NCBI GenBank assembly: GCA_964384235.1
Contig: CAYLJX010000002.1
Span: forward strand, 4,126-68,125
Direction: 5' to 3'
Source: an uncultured Bdellovibrionales bacterium
GTDB lineage: Bacteria > Patescibacteriota > Minisyncoccia > Moranbacterales > UBA1568
Length of the DNA: 64,000 bases
Both the position numbers and the translations under genes were made by a program. Of the stretch, positions 1 through 10,259 are shown one piece after another (the stretch's first letter is position 1; each line of letters begins with the position of its first letter). The notes beneath the pieces were generated by a model. That model was not told the origin of the DNA and made no database searches. It saw nothing but the letters and a program-made list of their open reading frames with translations.

Positions 1-550
1 GGCGTAGAGGAAGTCGGGAGAGGAGGAGGTAGAAGAGGGAATATTCCCGTACGAAGAAGATGACAATGTATATCGGAACAAGAGCGGTGATGCTGAAGAT
101 GGAGAGGGGGCTCACGATGTCGGGGTTGTACCGTGAGGAGACAAGGAGAGGGATGAAGAGAATAAGCGTGACGCCGATGACGAAGGCGAAAGCGATCATC
201 TCCAGAAGGAGAACGCGAAAAAAGTTTTTCCAGAGAAAAACGAAAGAGAGCTTCCGAGAGGGAGAAGAGCCTGTTTTTTTGCGACGGGTATCGAGAGAGA
301 GAATCAGACCGGTCTTTCCGAAAAGATGGAGAAGGAGAAAAAAAACGTAGAGAAAGAAAAGAGAGAGGAGCGCGAGGAGAGGAAGTTCTTCCATCGGGGG
401 AGAAGGGGAGTCACTGAGAGAGATCGGGACGGTCTTGATGAGAAGATTACTCCCGAGAAAGGCGCAGGCCATCAGGCCACCCCAGAGGTAGAAAGAGGGG
501 TGGCTCAAAGAGATACGCCAGGCTGTGCGCAGCAGTTGGCTGAAGGGCAT
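1..550 (-). CDS. hypothetical polytopic membrane protein (N-terminal 183 aa; gene runs off window start)
   Basis: ATG at 550-548, 12 nt downstream of the ftsH stop; open to the window edge with no in-frame stop (MPFSQLLRTAWRISLSHPSFYLWGG...); several hydrophobic helices. Not in the ORF track because it has no stop inside the window. Confidence 0.4.
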   Translation of the reverse strand, partial: MPFSQLLRTAWRISLSHPSFYLWGGLMACAFLGSNLLIKTVPISLSDSPSPPMEELPLLALLSLFFLYVFFLLLHLFGKTGLILSLDTRRKKTGSSPSRKLSFVFLWKNFFRVLLLEMIAFAFVIGVTLILFIPLLVSSRYNPDIVSPLSIFSITALVPIYIVIFFVREYSLFYLLLSRLPLR

Positions 551-562
551 ATTGGTCTCGTG

Positions 563-2404
563 TTAGACGGTCGCCTCCGCGGTCGCGGGAATCTTTCCCA
601 CCAGGGCGTCGAACTCGTCCTTTTCGATCGTCTCTTTTTCCAGGAGGGTTTTGGCGATCGTATCGAGAAGCGCGCGCTTTTCGGTCAGGATCTCGGTCGC
701 TTTGCGAAAGGCTTCGTCGATCAGGTGGGCGACTTCCGCATCGATGTCTTGGGCGGTCTTTTCGGAGTAATTGCGCTCCTCGTGCATCTCGCGCCCGAGG
801 AAGACAAGCTCTTCTTTCTTGCCGAAGGTGCGGGCGCCAAGGCGACTCATGCCGTAGCGGGTGACCATGTTCCTGGCCATACTGGTGGCGCGTTCAAGGT
901 CGTTGGAAGGACCGGTCGTGGTATCACCGAAGACAAGTTTCTCACTCGCGTATCCGCCGAGGAGTACGGAGAGTTCGTCGAGGAAATAGTTGTTGGAATG
1001 GAGACTCTTGTCTTCCTGGGGAACGGCAAGCGTGTAGCCGCCGGCATGACCGCGGGAGATGATAGAGACTTTTTGGACGGGATCGGCGTTGGGGAGGCTG
1101 GCGCCCACGAGCGCGTGTCCGCCCTCGTGATAGGCGATGATCTCCTTTTCTTTCTTGTTGATGGCGCGGCTTCGGCGTTCCGGACCGAGAATGACCTTCT
1201 CGATGGATTCGGTGAGTTCCGGCATGCCGATAGTCTTCTTGTTGCGACGGGTCGCGAGGATAGCGCCTTCGTTGACGAGGTTGGCGAGATCGGCACCGGA
1301 GAAGCCCGGCGTGCGTTCCGCGAGCACCCGAAGTTTCACGTTTTCTTCCAGAGGCTTGTTCTTGGTGTGGATGGTGAGGATCTGCTCGCGTTCGTTGATG
1401 TCCGGGAGATCCATGGTGACGCGGCGATCGAAGCGGCCGGGTCGCAGGAGGGCGGGGTCGAGCACGTCGGGACGGTTGGTCGAGGCGATGACGATGACGC
1501 TCGTATCGGTCTCGAAGCCGTCCATCTCGACGAGGATCTGGTTGAGGGTCTGTTCGCGCTCGTCGTGTCCGCCGCCTAAGCCCGCGCCGCGATGGCGACC
1601 GACAGCGTCGATCTCATCGATGAAGACGATGGAAGGGGCGTTTTTCTTGGCCTGCTTGAAAAGGTCGCGGACACGGCTCGCGCCCACGCCGACGAACATC
1701 TCGACGAATTCGGAACCGCTGATATTGAAGAACGGTACGCCGGCCTCTCCAGCCACGGCTTTGGCCATGAGGGTCTTTCCGGTGCCGGGAGGGCCGAGGA
1801 GGAGGACACCCTTGGGGATCTTGGCGCCCATGTTGAGGAATTTCTTGGGGTGCTTGAGGAATTCCACGACTTCCTGGAGCTCGGTCTTGGCTTCGGTGGC
1901 GCCGGCCACGTCAGCGAAGGTGAGGCGCTTCTTCTTGTCCTTGGGGTCGAGCATGCGGGCGCGGCTCATGCCGAAGGAAAGCGCCTGGGCGTTGCCGCGC
2001 TGCGCCTGACGCATCATGAACCAGATGAAGGCGGAAATGAGGATGAACGGCAGGAGAAACGGAAGAAGAGTGGCGAGCCAGAAGCCGGCCCCGGATTCTT
2101 CCTTGATATTCACGGTCACTTCCTTGAGTTTGTCCTTGTCGACACCGTAGTTGCTCAGGGTATCGGTGAGCGAACTTTCGGATTCCTTGCTGCTTTTCTG
2201 CAGGGAGTCGTCTTTCAGGGAGATTTCCAGGCTGTTGCCCTGGACGGCGATCTCCTTCACCTGACCGGCGTTGATTTCCGTCACCAGCTGGGAGAGGGAG
2301 ATGTCCGTAGGCTTCTTCTCCGGCGACTGGTAGAGGATGAAGATACCTGAGAGCAGGAGAAAGATGAGGATGAACGTGGAGAGATTGCGAAGGAGTTTGT
2401 CCAT
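563..2404 (-). CDS. ftsH: ATP-dependent zinc metalloprotease FtsH
   Basis: N-terminal TM helices; Walker A GPPGTGKT, Walker B IVFIDEID and second region of homology; HEGGHAL zinc-binding HEXXH; 613 aa. Confidence 0.95.
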   Translation of the reverse strand: MDKLLRNLSTFILIFLLLSGIFILYQSPEKKPTDISLSQLVTEINAGQVKEIAVQGNSLEISLKDDSLQKSSKESESSLTDTLSNYGVDKDKLKEVTVNIKEESGAGFWLATLLPFLLPFILISAFIWFMMRQAQRGNAQALSFGMSRARMLDPKDKKKRLTFADVAGATEAKTELQEVVEFLKHPKKFLNMGAKIPKGVLLLGPPGTGKTLMAKAVAGEAGVPFFNISGSEFVEMFVGVGASRVRDLFKQAKKNAPSIVFIDEIDAVGRHRGAGLGGGHDEREQTLNQILVEMDGFETDTSVIVIASTNRPDVLDPALLRPGRFDRRVTMDLPDINEREQILTIHTKNKPLEENVKLRVLAERTPGFSGADLANLVNEGAILATRRNKKTIGMPELTESIEKVILGPERRSRAINKKEKEIIAYHEGGHALVGASLPNADPVQKVSIISRGHAGGYTLAVPQEDKSLHSNNYFLDELSVLLGGYASEKLVFGDTTTGPSNDLERATSMARNMVTRYGMSRLGARTFGKKEELVFLGREMHEERNYSEKTAQDIDAEVAHLIDEAFRKATEILTEKRALLDTIAKTLLEKETIEKDEFDALVGKIPATAEATV

Positions 2405-2427
2405 AATGTTGCGGAGAGAAAAGGAAA

Positions 2428-3501
2428 TTAGACGGTCTGAACCAATGTCACTGTATCACCTTTGATGGTGAGTTTCAACTTGCGGAAAACAAGGATTCGG
2501 TGTTTGTTTTTGGTGCTTTTGAGAGCCTTGATGATTTCATCGATCAGCTTTTTTTCCGGCGGTTTTTCCTGGAAATACGGCTTGAGAAGGGTGCGCAGAT
2601 GGAGACGCTTTGCCGGGAGCGGGAGATCGAGAAAGGCAGAGCGTGAAAAACGGAGAGAATGTCCTGTCTTTTTTGCCACGGGAGCAGGGAAAAGACTTTC
2701 CAAGAGAGAGTAATCTTCTGCCAAAAGCGAGGCGGTCGTCGCGAGGATCTTCTTGGTCTTCGGCTGGAATTTTTCCTCCAAAAGAGGGAGGAGTTCGTGA
2801 CGGATGCGGTTCCTCGTGAAGCGCGGATCCTGGTTGCTCTCATCTACCCGGTACGGAAGTTGTCGTTCCTCGAGGTAGCGGAGGATGTCTTTCCGGCTCG
2901 TCTCAAGGAAAGGACGGATGATACGGCCGGTTTTCGGGCGCATAGCGGAAAGTCCCTGGAATCCTGATCCGCGCAAAAGCCGGAAAAGAAAGGTTTCCGC
3001 CTGATCATCTTCACTGTGAGCTACAGCGATCATGTCGAAATCTTTCCGTTTGCGCACTGTTTCAAAGAAGTCATATCGGAGATCGCGCAGGGCGGATTCG
3101 AGGTTTCCGGTGATTTTTTTCTTCGGGTGGAGAACAGTGTACGGAAAGCCGTACGAATTGGCGCGTTCCCGGACGAGTTTTTCATCGAGATCCGAGGCGC
3201 GGCCGCGGAGCGAATAGTTCACATGGGCGACGTGGAGACGAAAGCCGTATTTGGGTGCGAGAAAGGCAAGGACGTCGAGAAGGGAGAGGCTGTCCGGTCC
3301 GCCGGAAACGCCGACGATGATGCGAGAACCCTTTTTCCAGAGCTCGTTTCGGAAAGCGAAGTCCTGGATCCGCTTGACGAAGCGGCGGGCGAAGGGAGAA
3401 AGCGTGATCTCAGCCGATCTGGGCGTGCTTTCGGATGATCTCGTACGCTTTTTGGACGGCTTCGTCGAGTTTCCCTTGTTCGTTTTCGATGGTGTAGTCA
3501 T
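2428..3501 (-). CDS. tilS: tRNA(Ile)-lysidine synthetase TilS (start uncertain)
   Basis: PP-loop SGGPDS with HVAHVNYSLRG. The ORF runs to 3597 but no ATG/GTG/TTG lies between the K/S/T-rich tail and the PP-loop. The nearest ATG (3501) overlaps gmk by 91 nt. Confidence 0.7.
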   Translation of the reverse strand: MTTPSKTNKGNSTKPSKKRTRSSESTPRSAEITLSPFARRFVKRIQDFAFRNELWKKGSRIIVGVSGGPDSLSLLDVLAFLAPKYGFRLHVAHVNYSLRGRASDLDEKLVRERANSYGFPYTVLHPKKKITGNLESALRDLRYDFFETVRKRKDFDMIAVAHSEDDQAETFLFRLLRGSGFQGLSAMRPKTGRIIRPFLETSRKDILRYLEERQLPYRVDESNQDPRFTRNRIRHELLPLLEEKFQPKTKKILATTASLLAEDYSLLESLFPAPVAKKTGHSLRFSRSAFLDLPLPAKRLHLRTLLKPYFQEKPPEKKLIDEIIKALKSTKNKHRILVFRKLKLTIKGDTVTLVQTV

Positions 3502-3973
3502 AGATATCGGTGTGTTTGAGCCATTCCCGGGTGTACTCCATGCGCTCACGCAAGCTTTCTTCAGAGGGGTTGTCCCGTCTGCGGATGCGTTCTTCAAGGA
3601 TGTCGAGCGGAGCGGTGATCAGGATGGCGATGATGTCGGGAAAGAGCCGTTTGGCGGTCATCACGCCCTGGTATTCGATCTTCCATATGCCGATTTTTTT
3701 GGAGCGGGCCACCCGGTCTATCTCTTGGTGGGTGACGCCGGCCCATTGGTCATTGTATTGCTGCGCGTATTCGATGAAGTCGCCGGCAGCTATCTTTTCT
3801 TTGAATTCGGTTTCGGAAATGAACCAGTACGGGTTGCCCTGGCTCTCACCTTGACGCATCGCGCGGCTGCGGGTTGTGATGACGCGCTCGATGGGAAGAA
3901 GCTTCTGGAGGCTGTTGATGATGGAGTCTTCGCCGGCGCCGGAGGGTCCGGAAATGATGAACACGTTCTGCAT
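3410..3973 (-). CDS. gmk: guanylate kinase
   Basis: P-loop GPSGAGEDS; sequence typical of Gmk along its length; 187 aa. Confidence 0.9.
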   Translation of the reverse strand: MQNVFIISGPSGAGEDSIINSLQKLLPIERVITTRSRAMRQGESQGNPYWFISETEFKEKIAAGDFIEYAQQYNDQWAGVTHQEIDRVARSKKIGIWKIEYQGVMTAKRLFPDIIAILITAPLDILEERIRRRDNPSEESLRERMEYTREWLKHTDIYDYTIENEQGKLDEAVQKAYEIIRKHAQIG

Positions 3974-4197
3974 AGGGGGTGTGGTTAGAGTCTATCTCAA
4001 AAATAGCTTTCAGACGATTTTTCTGTAATTTCGAGCGAAACGTTTGAAGGGTGAGGAGGAATAACGGGACTTTATTCCGACGAGCCGTGAAAGCGGTGCA
4101 GCCGAAATTCAGGAAAATCCAGTCAAAGAGTATTTTTGAGATAGACTCTGATTACGAAAACACCCTTCGGCAGGCGAGAGGGTGTTTTCCGAGAGAT

Positions 4198-5382
4198 TTA
4201 GGCTTCCTTTTCTTCTTTCTTGGCAGCGCCTTCCCGGACGGGGAGGAGTCCGAGACGGTGGCTGCGCGGCTCGATAGAGAGGATCTTCCAGGTATAGGTG
4301 TCGCCTTCCTTGAAGACTTCTTCGATCTTGCGGCCGGGATAGATGTCCTGGAACTCGGAGACATGGGCGAGACCATGGATGTCCTTGTCGAGATAGACGA
4401 AGGCGCCGAAGTGGTTGATCTTGTCGACTTTGCCCGGGACGGTGTCGCCGACCTTGTACTTGTCGAGGACGCTGTTCCATGGGTCTTCCTTGAGGGCCTT
4501 CATGGAGAGGGAGATGCGGGTGTCTTCGATGCCGATGATCTTAGCCTTGACGGAGTCGCCGGTCTTCACGATCTCGCGAGGATCGTCGATGAGCTGCCAG
4601 GCGAGCTCGGAGATGTGGACCAGGCCCTCGAGTTTCTCGGAAGGTTTCTTTTCACCTTCCTTGACGGGCGGGGAGAATTTCACGAAGGCGCCGAAGTCCA
4701 CGACGCCGCTCACCTCGCCTTCGACGGTGTCACCCACCTGGAGGAGATTGATGAGAGCGCGTTCTTTTTCGCTCTGCGCGGCCTTTTCCGAGACGATCAG
4801 CTTCTCATTGTCGCGATCGGCGTCCAGGATACGGACCTGGATCTCGAGGCCGATGAGTTTCTTGAGAAGATCGAGGATCTTGTTCTTGTCACCGTCCTCG
4901 ACGCGTGGGTAGTGCTCGCTCGCGAGCTGGGAGACCGGGAGGAAGCCGGCGATGCCGTTCACTTCGATCATGAGACCGCCCTTGTTGGCTTCGGTGACCT
5001 TGGTGGTGACGACTTCGCGGTTGGTGAGCTTGTGCTCGATGTCTTCCCAGGACTTCTCATAGGAGGCTTCACGGACGGAAAGCTCGATGTAGCCGTCCTC
5101 GTTCTCAAAGCTCATGAGGGTGGCGTTCACGGTGCTTCCGACCTTGAGTTTGCCGCCTTCGCCGAGACCGTCGCGCATTTCCTTGCCGAGAACGATACCG
5201 GTACCGAGGGGTCCGAGGTCGATGAGAGCCTGGTTGGACGTGACGTGGATGACGGTGCCCGAGATGACGTCGCCGAGCTCAGGGATGTCCACGACATGCT
5301 GAGTGAGGAGCTCTTCCATGACGGAAGGCGTCTCCTGGGTTGTTTCCGTAGTCATATGATTGATGAGGGGCAAGAGCGCCAA
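4198..5382 (-). CDS. rpsA: 30S ribosomal protein S1 (four S1 domains)
   Basis: Repeated S1 OB-fold motifs (G..V.G.V....G.FV.L); acidic C-terminus; 394 aa. Start may be the downstream ATG at 5355. Confidence 0.85.
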   Translation of the reverse strand: MALLPLINHMTTETTQETPSVMEELLTQHVVDIPELGDVISGTVIHVTSNQALIDLGPLGTGIVLGKEMRDGLGEGGKLKVGSTVNATLMSFENEDGYIELSVREASYEKSWEDIEHKLTNREVVTTKVTEANKGGLMIEVNGIAGFLPVSQLASEHYPRVEDGDKNKILDLLKKLIGLEIQVRILDADRDNEKLIVSEKAAQSEKERALINLLQVGDTVEGEVSGVVDFGAFVKFSPPVKEGEKKPSEKLEGLVHISELAWQLIDDPREIVKTGDSVKAKIIGIEDTRISLSMKALKEDPWNSVLDKYKVGDTVPGKVDKINHFGAFVYLDKDIHGLAHVSEFQDIYPGRKIEEVFKEGDTYTWKILSIEPRSHRLGLLPVREGAAKKEEKEA

Positions 5383-5419
5383 TCTTGCTGTAAATAAAGG
5401 ATTACAAGCGCTAAAAAAC

Positions 5420-5512
5420 GAAAAAACACCGACAAATGAGGGGTGTTTGGATAACCGACGAAATCGCGAGGATTAAGCATCCTCGTATTCAGTTGTGTTA
5501 ACCAATTACCTT
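5420..5512 (-). ncRNA. candidate rpsA 5' leader/attenuator or small RNA
   Basis: Minus-strand promoter TTGCCA-17 nt-TATACT (5547-5519). Hairpin CGAGGATGCTTAATCCTCG. Intrinsic terminator AACACCCCTCATTTGTCGGTGTT followed by a T-run (5448-5413), all upstream of the rpsA start at 5382. Confidence 0.4.
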
Positions 5513-5518
5513 TAAGAG

Positions 5519-5547
5519 AGTATAAGGGAAAATGCGATTTTTGGCAA
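5519..5547 (-). promoter_or_regulatory. sigma70-like promoter (-35 TTGCCA, 17-nt spacer, -10 TATACT) reading toward rpsA
   Basis: Minus strand is TTGCCA (5547-5542), a 17-nt spacer, TATACT (5524-5519). Confidence 0.4.
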
Positions 5548-5625
5548 GCCTGAAGACTTCTTTGCGCGTGACAGGGACGTAGGTTTTTGCTACAATAGTT
5601 TTGTTAAGCGGGAAAACAGCATGCT

Positions 5626-6285
5626 ATGAATATCCAATACTACGGGGATTATTGCTTCAAGATAAGCACCAAACCGGCCGGACGAGCGACGGAAGATGTG
5701 GTCATCTGGACCGATCCGTTGGAAAAGGGGGCCGGACTGCGATCGCCGCAGGGACAGGCCGATGTCGTGTTTTTGACGCACGGCGACAGCGAGGAGGCGA
5801 GGAACAGCCTCAAGGGTGAACCGATCGTTTTCGATGCGCCGGGCGAATACGCCGTAAAGGGTATCTCGGCTTTGGGCTTTGCGAGTTTTCGGGACGGAAA
5901 GGAAGGAGCTGAGCGCGGTCAGAATACGATATTTGTCTTCGAAAGCGAGGATATCCATGTGGCTTTTCTCGGCGCGTTAGGGCACGACCTGTCGCCTGAG
6001 CTTTTGGACAAACTGAACGGCGTGGACGTGCTCTTTATTCCGGTCGGCGGCTCGGACACTCTTTCTCCCAAGCTTGCTTCGGAATTGGCGCGCAAGATCG
6101 AGCCGAGCATCATCATCCCGATGCACTACAAGATACCGGGACTGACGCTTCCCTTGGAGAGCGAGAAATCTTTCTGTGACGCCATCGGGAGCTGTCCGCA
6201 GGGTGCCCAGTCGAAGTTCAATATCAAGAAGAAGGATTTTGAAGGGAAACAGTTGGAGATTGTATTGCTCGAACGAGGTTCGTAG
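5626..6285 (+). CDS. MBL-fold metal-dependent hydrolase (UPF0173-like)
   Basis: VVFLTHGDSEEA and HYK motifs of small MBL-fold hydrolases; 219 aa. Confidence 0.6.
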   Translation: MNIQYYGDYCFKISTKPAGRATEDVVIWTDPLEKGAGLRSPQGQADVVFLTHGDSEEARNSLKGEPIVFDAPGEYAVKGISALGFASFRDGKEGAERGQNTIFVFESEDIHVAFLGALGHDLSPELLDKLNGVDVLFIPVGGSDTLSPKLASELARKIEPSIIIPMHYKIPGLTLPLESEKSFCDAIGSCPQGAQSKFNIKKKDFEGKQLEIVLLERGS

Positions 6286-6287
6286 GA

Positions 6288-6407
6288 GGAACCTTGTATT
6301 TGGCACATTTCTTTGTTCCGAGCTCTGGTGCTCGACGCCGTACGTTATCAGTACGGCTTACTCCGCTCCTCGCTCGCGCCTCGAACTGTACTCAAATACA
6401 AGATTCC
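6288..6407. ncRNA. conserved structured intergenic element, copy 1 (unknown class)
   Basis: About 90-nt core nearly identical to 54921-55010, closed by a 15-bp stem (GGAACCTTGTATTTG / CAAATACAAGATTCC). Fills the whole gap between the MBL hydrolase stop and the next gene start. Confidence 0.5.
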
Positions 6408-6417
6408 TTATAAGATA

Positions 6418-6912
6418 ATGGTTATGAGAGAGACGCTCTGGGAAAAAATCGAGAAGATCCGACAGGAACCGGAGCATATCCGTCGTCGCTATGTGTATGG
6501 CTGTCTCGTCGTTTCCATGGCGTTCGTTCTCGGTATCTGGTCGCTTTCTCTCAAGGAAAGTTTCCGGAGTGTGGCCAAGGACGTGCCGCAGGCGGTCGAG
6601 AAGGGTAAGGAACTCATTCCGCAGAACAACCAGGCTTCCCTTTCCGATCTTCTGGAGCAGGAGAGATCACTCTCGACATCCGGCGAAGAGCTCTCGGGGC
6701 AGGAATATTTTCAGGAACAGCTGAAGCAACGTGCCGAAAGCCAGTCTCCCGGGATGACGGAAGAAGGTGTTGATTCCGGATCGGTCAACGACCGCACGTC
6801 GACACTGGAACTGCCTTCCCAAGGAACCTTCCCCGAAAGAAAAGAAAAGGTTTCATCTCCGGAAGATCAACCGATGAAAGAAGAAGCTGAAGATACGAAC
6901 GAATATCAGTAA
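6418..6912 (+). CDS. hypothetical membrane-anchored acidic protein
   Basis: ATG GTT ATG at 6418 in the frame of track ORF 6313-6912 (upstream part is the conserved RNA-like element). One TM helix ([18 protein letters not shown]) and an acidic C-terminus. Confidence 0.5.
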   Translation: MVMRETLWEKIEKIRQEPEHIRRRYVYGCLVVSMAFVLGIWSLSLKESFRSVAKDVPQAVEKGKELIPQNNQASLSDLLEQERSLSTSGEELSGQEYFQEQLKQRAESQSPGMTEEGVDSGSVNDRTSTLELPSQGTFPERKEKVSSPEDQPMKEEAEDTNEYQ

Positions 6913-6916
6913 CAAG

Positions 6917-9376
6917 ATGAGCGCTATGTCAGAAAAAACGGCATTTCATGAAGGAAAAATCGAAGCCCGTTCCATCGCGGACGAAGTGAAGCAATCCTAC
7001 CTCGACTATGCGATGAGCGTCATCGTGGCGCGCGCCCTGCCGGACGTCCGTGACGGTCTCAAGCCGGTGCACCGCCGCATCCTCTACTCCATGTGGTCGA
7101 CGGGGCTCCGCTCCACGGCCAAGTTCCGCAAATCAGCCACCGTGGTCGGTGAGGTGCTCGGTAAATACCACCCGCATGGCGATACGGCGGTGTATGACAC
7201 GATGGTCCGCATGGCGCAGGATTTCTCGCTCCGCTACCCGTTGGTGTGGGGACAGGGAAACTTCGGCTCGATGGACGGCGACAGCGCCGCGGCCTACCGT
7301 TACACCGAAGCCAAGCTCACGCCCATTGCCGAGGAGATGCTTCTCGATATCGAAAAGGACACAGTGGACTTCGTCCCCAACTTCGACGGGATGCACGACG
7401 AGCCGCTGGTCCTCCCGGCCAAGCTCCCGCAGCTCCTCCTCAACGGTACGGTCGGTATCGCGGTCGGTATGGCGACCAATATCCCGCCGCACAATCTCAA
7501 CGAACTCGTCGACGGTATCTGTCACCTCATCGATCATCCGGAGGCGAGTGTCGAGGACCTCATGCAGTTCGTGAAGGGGCCGGACTTTCCGACGGGCGGC
7601 ATCATCTACAACCAGAAGGACATCCGCGAAGCCTATGCCACCGGCAAGGGACCGATCATGACGCGCGCCAAGGCGGAGATCGTCGAGAACAAGGCCGGAC
7701 AATTCCAGATCATCGTGACCGAGATGACCTACGCGACCAACAAGGCCTCGCTCATCATGAAGATCGCCGACCTCGTGAAGGAAGACAAGCTCCAGGGGAT
7801 CAAGGATCTGCGCGACGAGTCCGACAAGGACGGCGTGCGTATCGTGGTCGACCTCAAGAAGGAAGCCTTCCCGCAGAAGGTCCTCAACTCGCTCTACCAG
7901 ATGACGGACCTGCAGAAGAATTTCAACGTCAACATGCTGGCCCTCGTCGACGGCGTCGATCCGCAGATCCTCACGCTCAAGTCCATCCTCGAACACTATA
8001 TCGTCCACCGCGAGAAGGTGGTGACGCGGCGCGCGCAGTATGAGCTCCAGAAGGCCAAGGATCGTGCCCACATCCTCGAGGGTCTCAAGAAGGCGCTCGA
8101 CCACATCGACGCCATCATCGATACCATCAAGAAGTCCCCGACCAAGGAAGAGGCGCACGCGAACCTCATGAAGAAGTTCAAGCTCTCCGAGCGGCAGGCG
8201 ACTGCTATCCTCGAGATGCGCCTCCAGACGCTCTCCGGACTGGAGCGCAAGAAGATCGAGGACGAGCTCGACGAGAAACTCAAACTCATCGCCTACCTCG
8301 AAGACCTCCTCAAACACCGTAAGAAGATCCTCGCCCTCGTGAAGAGCGAACTCGTCGAAGTGCGCGACAAATTCGGCGATGAGCGCCGCACCCGGGTGGT
8401 CAAGACCGGTGTCTCGGAGTTCAAGCAGGAAGATCTCATCCCCAACGAGGAGGCCATCGTCACGCTCACCGAGGATGGGTACATCAAGCGCATGAACCCG
8501 AGCGTCTATCGCGTGCAGAAGCGCGGCGGCAAGGGTGTCATCGGCGCGACGACCAAGGAAGAAGACCGTATCGCCAAGGTGCTCACCATCGAGACGCACG
8601 ACAACCTCATGTTCTTCACTGACACGGGTAAGGTCTTCCAGACGAAGGCCTATGAGATCCCGGAATCGTCCCGCACGGCCAAGGGTCAGGCCATCGTCAA
8701 CTTCCTCCAGATCTCTCCGGAGGAGAAGATCACGGCCATGATCGCCCTCAAGAAGGACGGGGCGCAGAAGTACCTCTTCATGGCGACTGCGAACGGTACC
8801 ATCAAGAAATCAAAGCTCGAAGACTTCGAAAACGTCCGCCGGAGCGGTCTCATCGCCATCAATCTGGAGAAGGGAGACTTCCTCGGATGGGTGCGCGCGA
8901 CGACCGGCGGGGACGAAGTGGTGCTCACGACGTCCGAGGCGCAGGCCATCCGTTTCAAGGAATCCGATGTCCGTCCGATGGGACGCACGGCTGCTGGCGT
9001 GCGCGGGATGAAGCTCAAGGGTTCTGACAAGATCGTCGCGATGGACGTGGTCGGTAAGGATGAAAAAGGCATGGAGCTCTTCATCCTCTCGCAGAACGGC
9101 CTCGGCAAACGGAGCGAACTCAAGTCCTACAAGATTCAGAAGCGTGGCGGCTCCGGTATCAAGACCATGCATCTCACGCCGAAGACCGGTAGGCTCGTCG
9201 GCGCGAGGATCACGAGCATGGCGGATGTGGAGAACGACATCATCATCACCTCGGAGAAGGGGACGATCATCCGGGTGCCCTTCAAGAGCGTGCCGCTCCT
9301 CGGCCGCGTGACGCAGGGGGTGCGCGTCATGAAGCCCCAGGCTGGCGACAGTGTCGCAGCGTTCACGCTGCTGTAG
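6917..9376 (+). CDS. gyrA: DNA gyrase subunit A
   Basis: [27 protein letters not shown] with the active-site Tyr context; C-terminal beta-pinwheel repeats; 819 aa. Confidence 0.95.
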   Translation: MSAMSEKTAFHEGKIEARSIADEVKQSYLDYAMSVIVARALPDVRDGLKPVHRRILYSMWSTGLRSTAKFRKSATVVGEVLGKYHPHGDTAVYDTMVRMAQDFSLRYPLVWGQGNFGSMDGDSAAAYRYTEAKLTPIAEEMLLDIEKDTVDFVPNFDGMHDEPLVLPAKLPQLLLNGTVGIAVGMATNIPPHNLNELVDGICHLIDHPEASVEDLMQFVKGPDFPTGGIIYNQKDIREAYATGKGPIMTRAKAEIVENKAGQFQIIVTEMTYATNKASLIMKIADLVKEDKLQGIKDLRDESDKDGVRIVVDLKKEAFPQKVLNSLYQMTDLQKNFNVNMLALVDGVDPQILTLKSILEHYIVHREKVVTRRAQYELQKAKDRAHILEGLKKALDHIDAIIDTIKKSPTKEEAHANLMKKFKLSERQATAILEMRLQTLSGLERKKIEDELDEKLKLIAYLEDLLKHRKKILALVKSELVEVRDKFGDERRTRVVKTGVSEFKQEDLIPNEEAIVTLTEDGYIKRMNPSVYRVQKRGGKGVIGATTKEEDRIAKVLTIETHDNLMFFTDTGKVFQTKAYEIPESSRTAKGQAIVNFLQISPEEKITAMIALKKDGAQKYLFMATANGTIKKSKLEDFENVRRSGLIAINLEKGDFLGWVRATTGGDEVVLTTSEAQAIRFKESDVRPMGRTAAGVRGMKLKGSDKIVAMDVVGKDEKGMELFILSQNGLGKRSELKSYKIQKRGGSGIKTMHLTPKTGRLVGARITSMADVENDIIITSEKGTIIRVPFKSVPLLGRVTQGVRVMKPQAGDSVAAFTLL

Positions 9377-9393
9377 GGCTGTAGTATTGACTT

Positions 9394-9437
9394 AAAAAAG
9401 AGCAGGCTCCGAGCGCGTTGGCGTCGGAGCCTTTTTC
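9394..9437. terminator. bidirectional intrinsic terminator
   Basis: AAAAAAG GGCTCCGAGCGCGTTGGCGTCGGAGCC TTTTT between convergent gyrA and the 9462-9743 ORF. Confidence 0.7.
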
Positions 9438-9461
9438 GATGAGCCGGGTTGGGCTGTCGAG

Positions 9462-9743
9462 CTAATGGGCGGAGCTCACCAGAATTCGATGTGTGCCATC
9501 CTCTTCTTCATAAGCGAGGAGCTTGATGCTGTCCGGTTCGATGGTGTGACCGTCATAGCCGTTCTGTTCCTTGTTCCAGAAACGGAAGACAGCCTGGAGA
9601 GTCCATGAGATACCGTGGCCATCGTGATACGTTATCTTGACCGCATCCGCATCTTCGTAGGCGGCTAGGATATCGGTCCACGGGGTTTTGAGGGGAAAAT
9701 CCCCAAGAGCCACCGAACCGAAAGCAACGTCAGAGTCGATCAT
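9462..9743 (-). CDS. hypothetical protein (93 aa)
   Basis: Intact ORF ending at the bidirectional terminator; no recognisable motif. Confidence 0.4.
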   Translation of the reverse strand: MIDSDVAFGSVALGDFPLKTPWTDILAAYEDADAVKITYHDGHGISWTLQAVFRFWNKEQNGYDGHTIEPDSIKLLAYEEEDGTHRILVSSAH

Positions 9744-9917
9744 AACGTCCTCCTCATCAGGTTGAAAAGAGAATGAAAGGAACAGGTCTTTTCCACAGGT
9801 TTGTGGAGACGCTTCATTTAATCAAGTCTCAATCTGACTGTCAAGAACAAAAAAGTACTGAAAAGAAAAAGACCAGGGCGCGATGCGTCCTGGCTTGAGG
9901 AAAGATGACCGGAGGTG

Positions 9918-10259
9918 TCAGGACACTTTGGCCATGAAGAGAAGGTTGCTGATCGCGAGGGTGTGCTCGCCGCTCTTGGCGGAGATGAGGTACCCTTCTG
10001 CGGATACGGCGTGCCGGTTGACCGTGAGGGATATCTCATGCGGTGTCAGACGGATGCCATTTCCCTCCATCTTGATGTGAATCTTGTTCCCGTTCGGGAA
10101 GATGGTGTGGAGGACTCCCAGGGAGGCGGCTCCCTGCATGTCGGTCAACCGGATGGTTCTCTCGGGCCTTCTCGGCTTGACTTCCAGGGATTTGCTCCAA
10201 GGAGAATATGCCGCCCGGAGTTCCAGGGTTAGAGGTTTCGCTTCGGTTCTCTGTGCCAC
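9918..10259 (-). CDS. hypothetical protein, possibly PilZ-like
   Basis: 113 aa; RRPER...DMQGAA loosely resembles PilZ RxxxR...DxSxGG; weak. Confidence 0.3.
   Translation of the reverse strand: MAQRTEAKPLTLELRAAYSPWSKSLEVKPRRPERTIRLTDMQGAASLGVLHTIFPNGNKIHIKMEGNGIRLTPHEISLTVNRHAVSAEGYLISAKSGEHTLAISNLLFMAKVS

Noticed and set aside
326-1579. 417-aa plus-strand ORF (and 60-350, 1137-2009, 1592-2350)
   Set aside because: Antisense shadow ORFs of ftsH in GC-rich DNA; Gly/Arg/Glu/Asp-rich compositionally biased translations with no motifs.
7133-8599. 488-aa minus-strand ORF and 7246-8043 plus-strand ORF inside gyrA
   Set aside because: Out-of-frame or antisense to the unambiguous gyrA gene; Arg/Asp/Glu-rich shadow translations.
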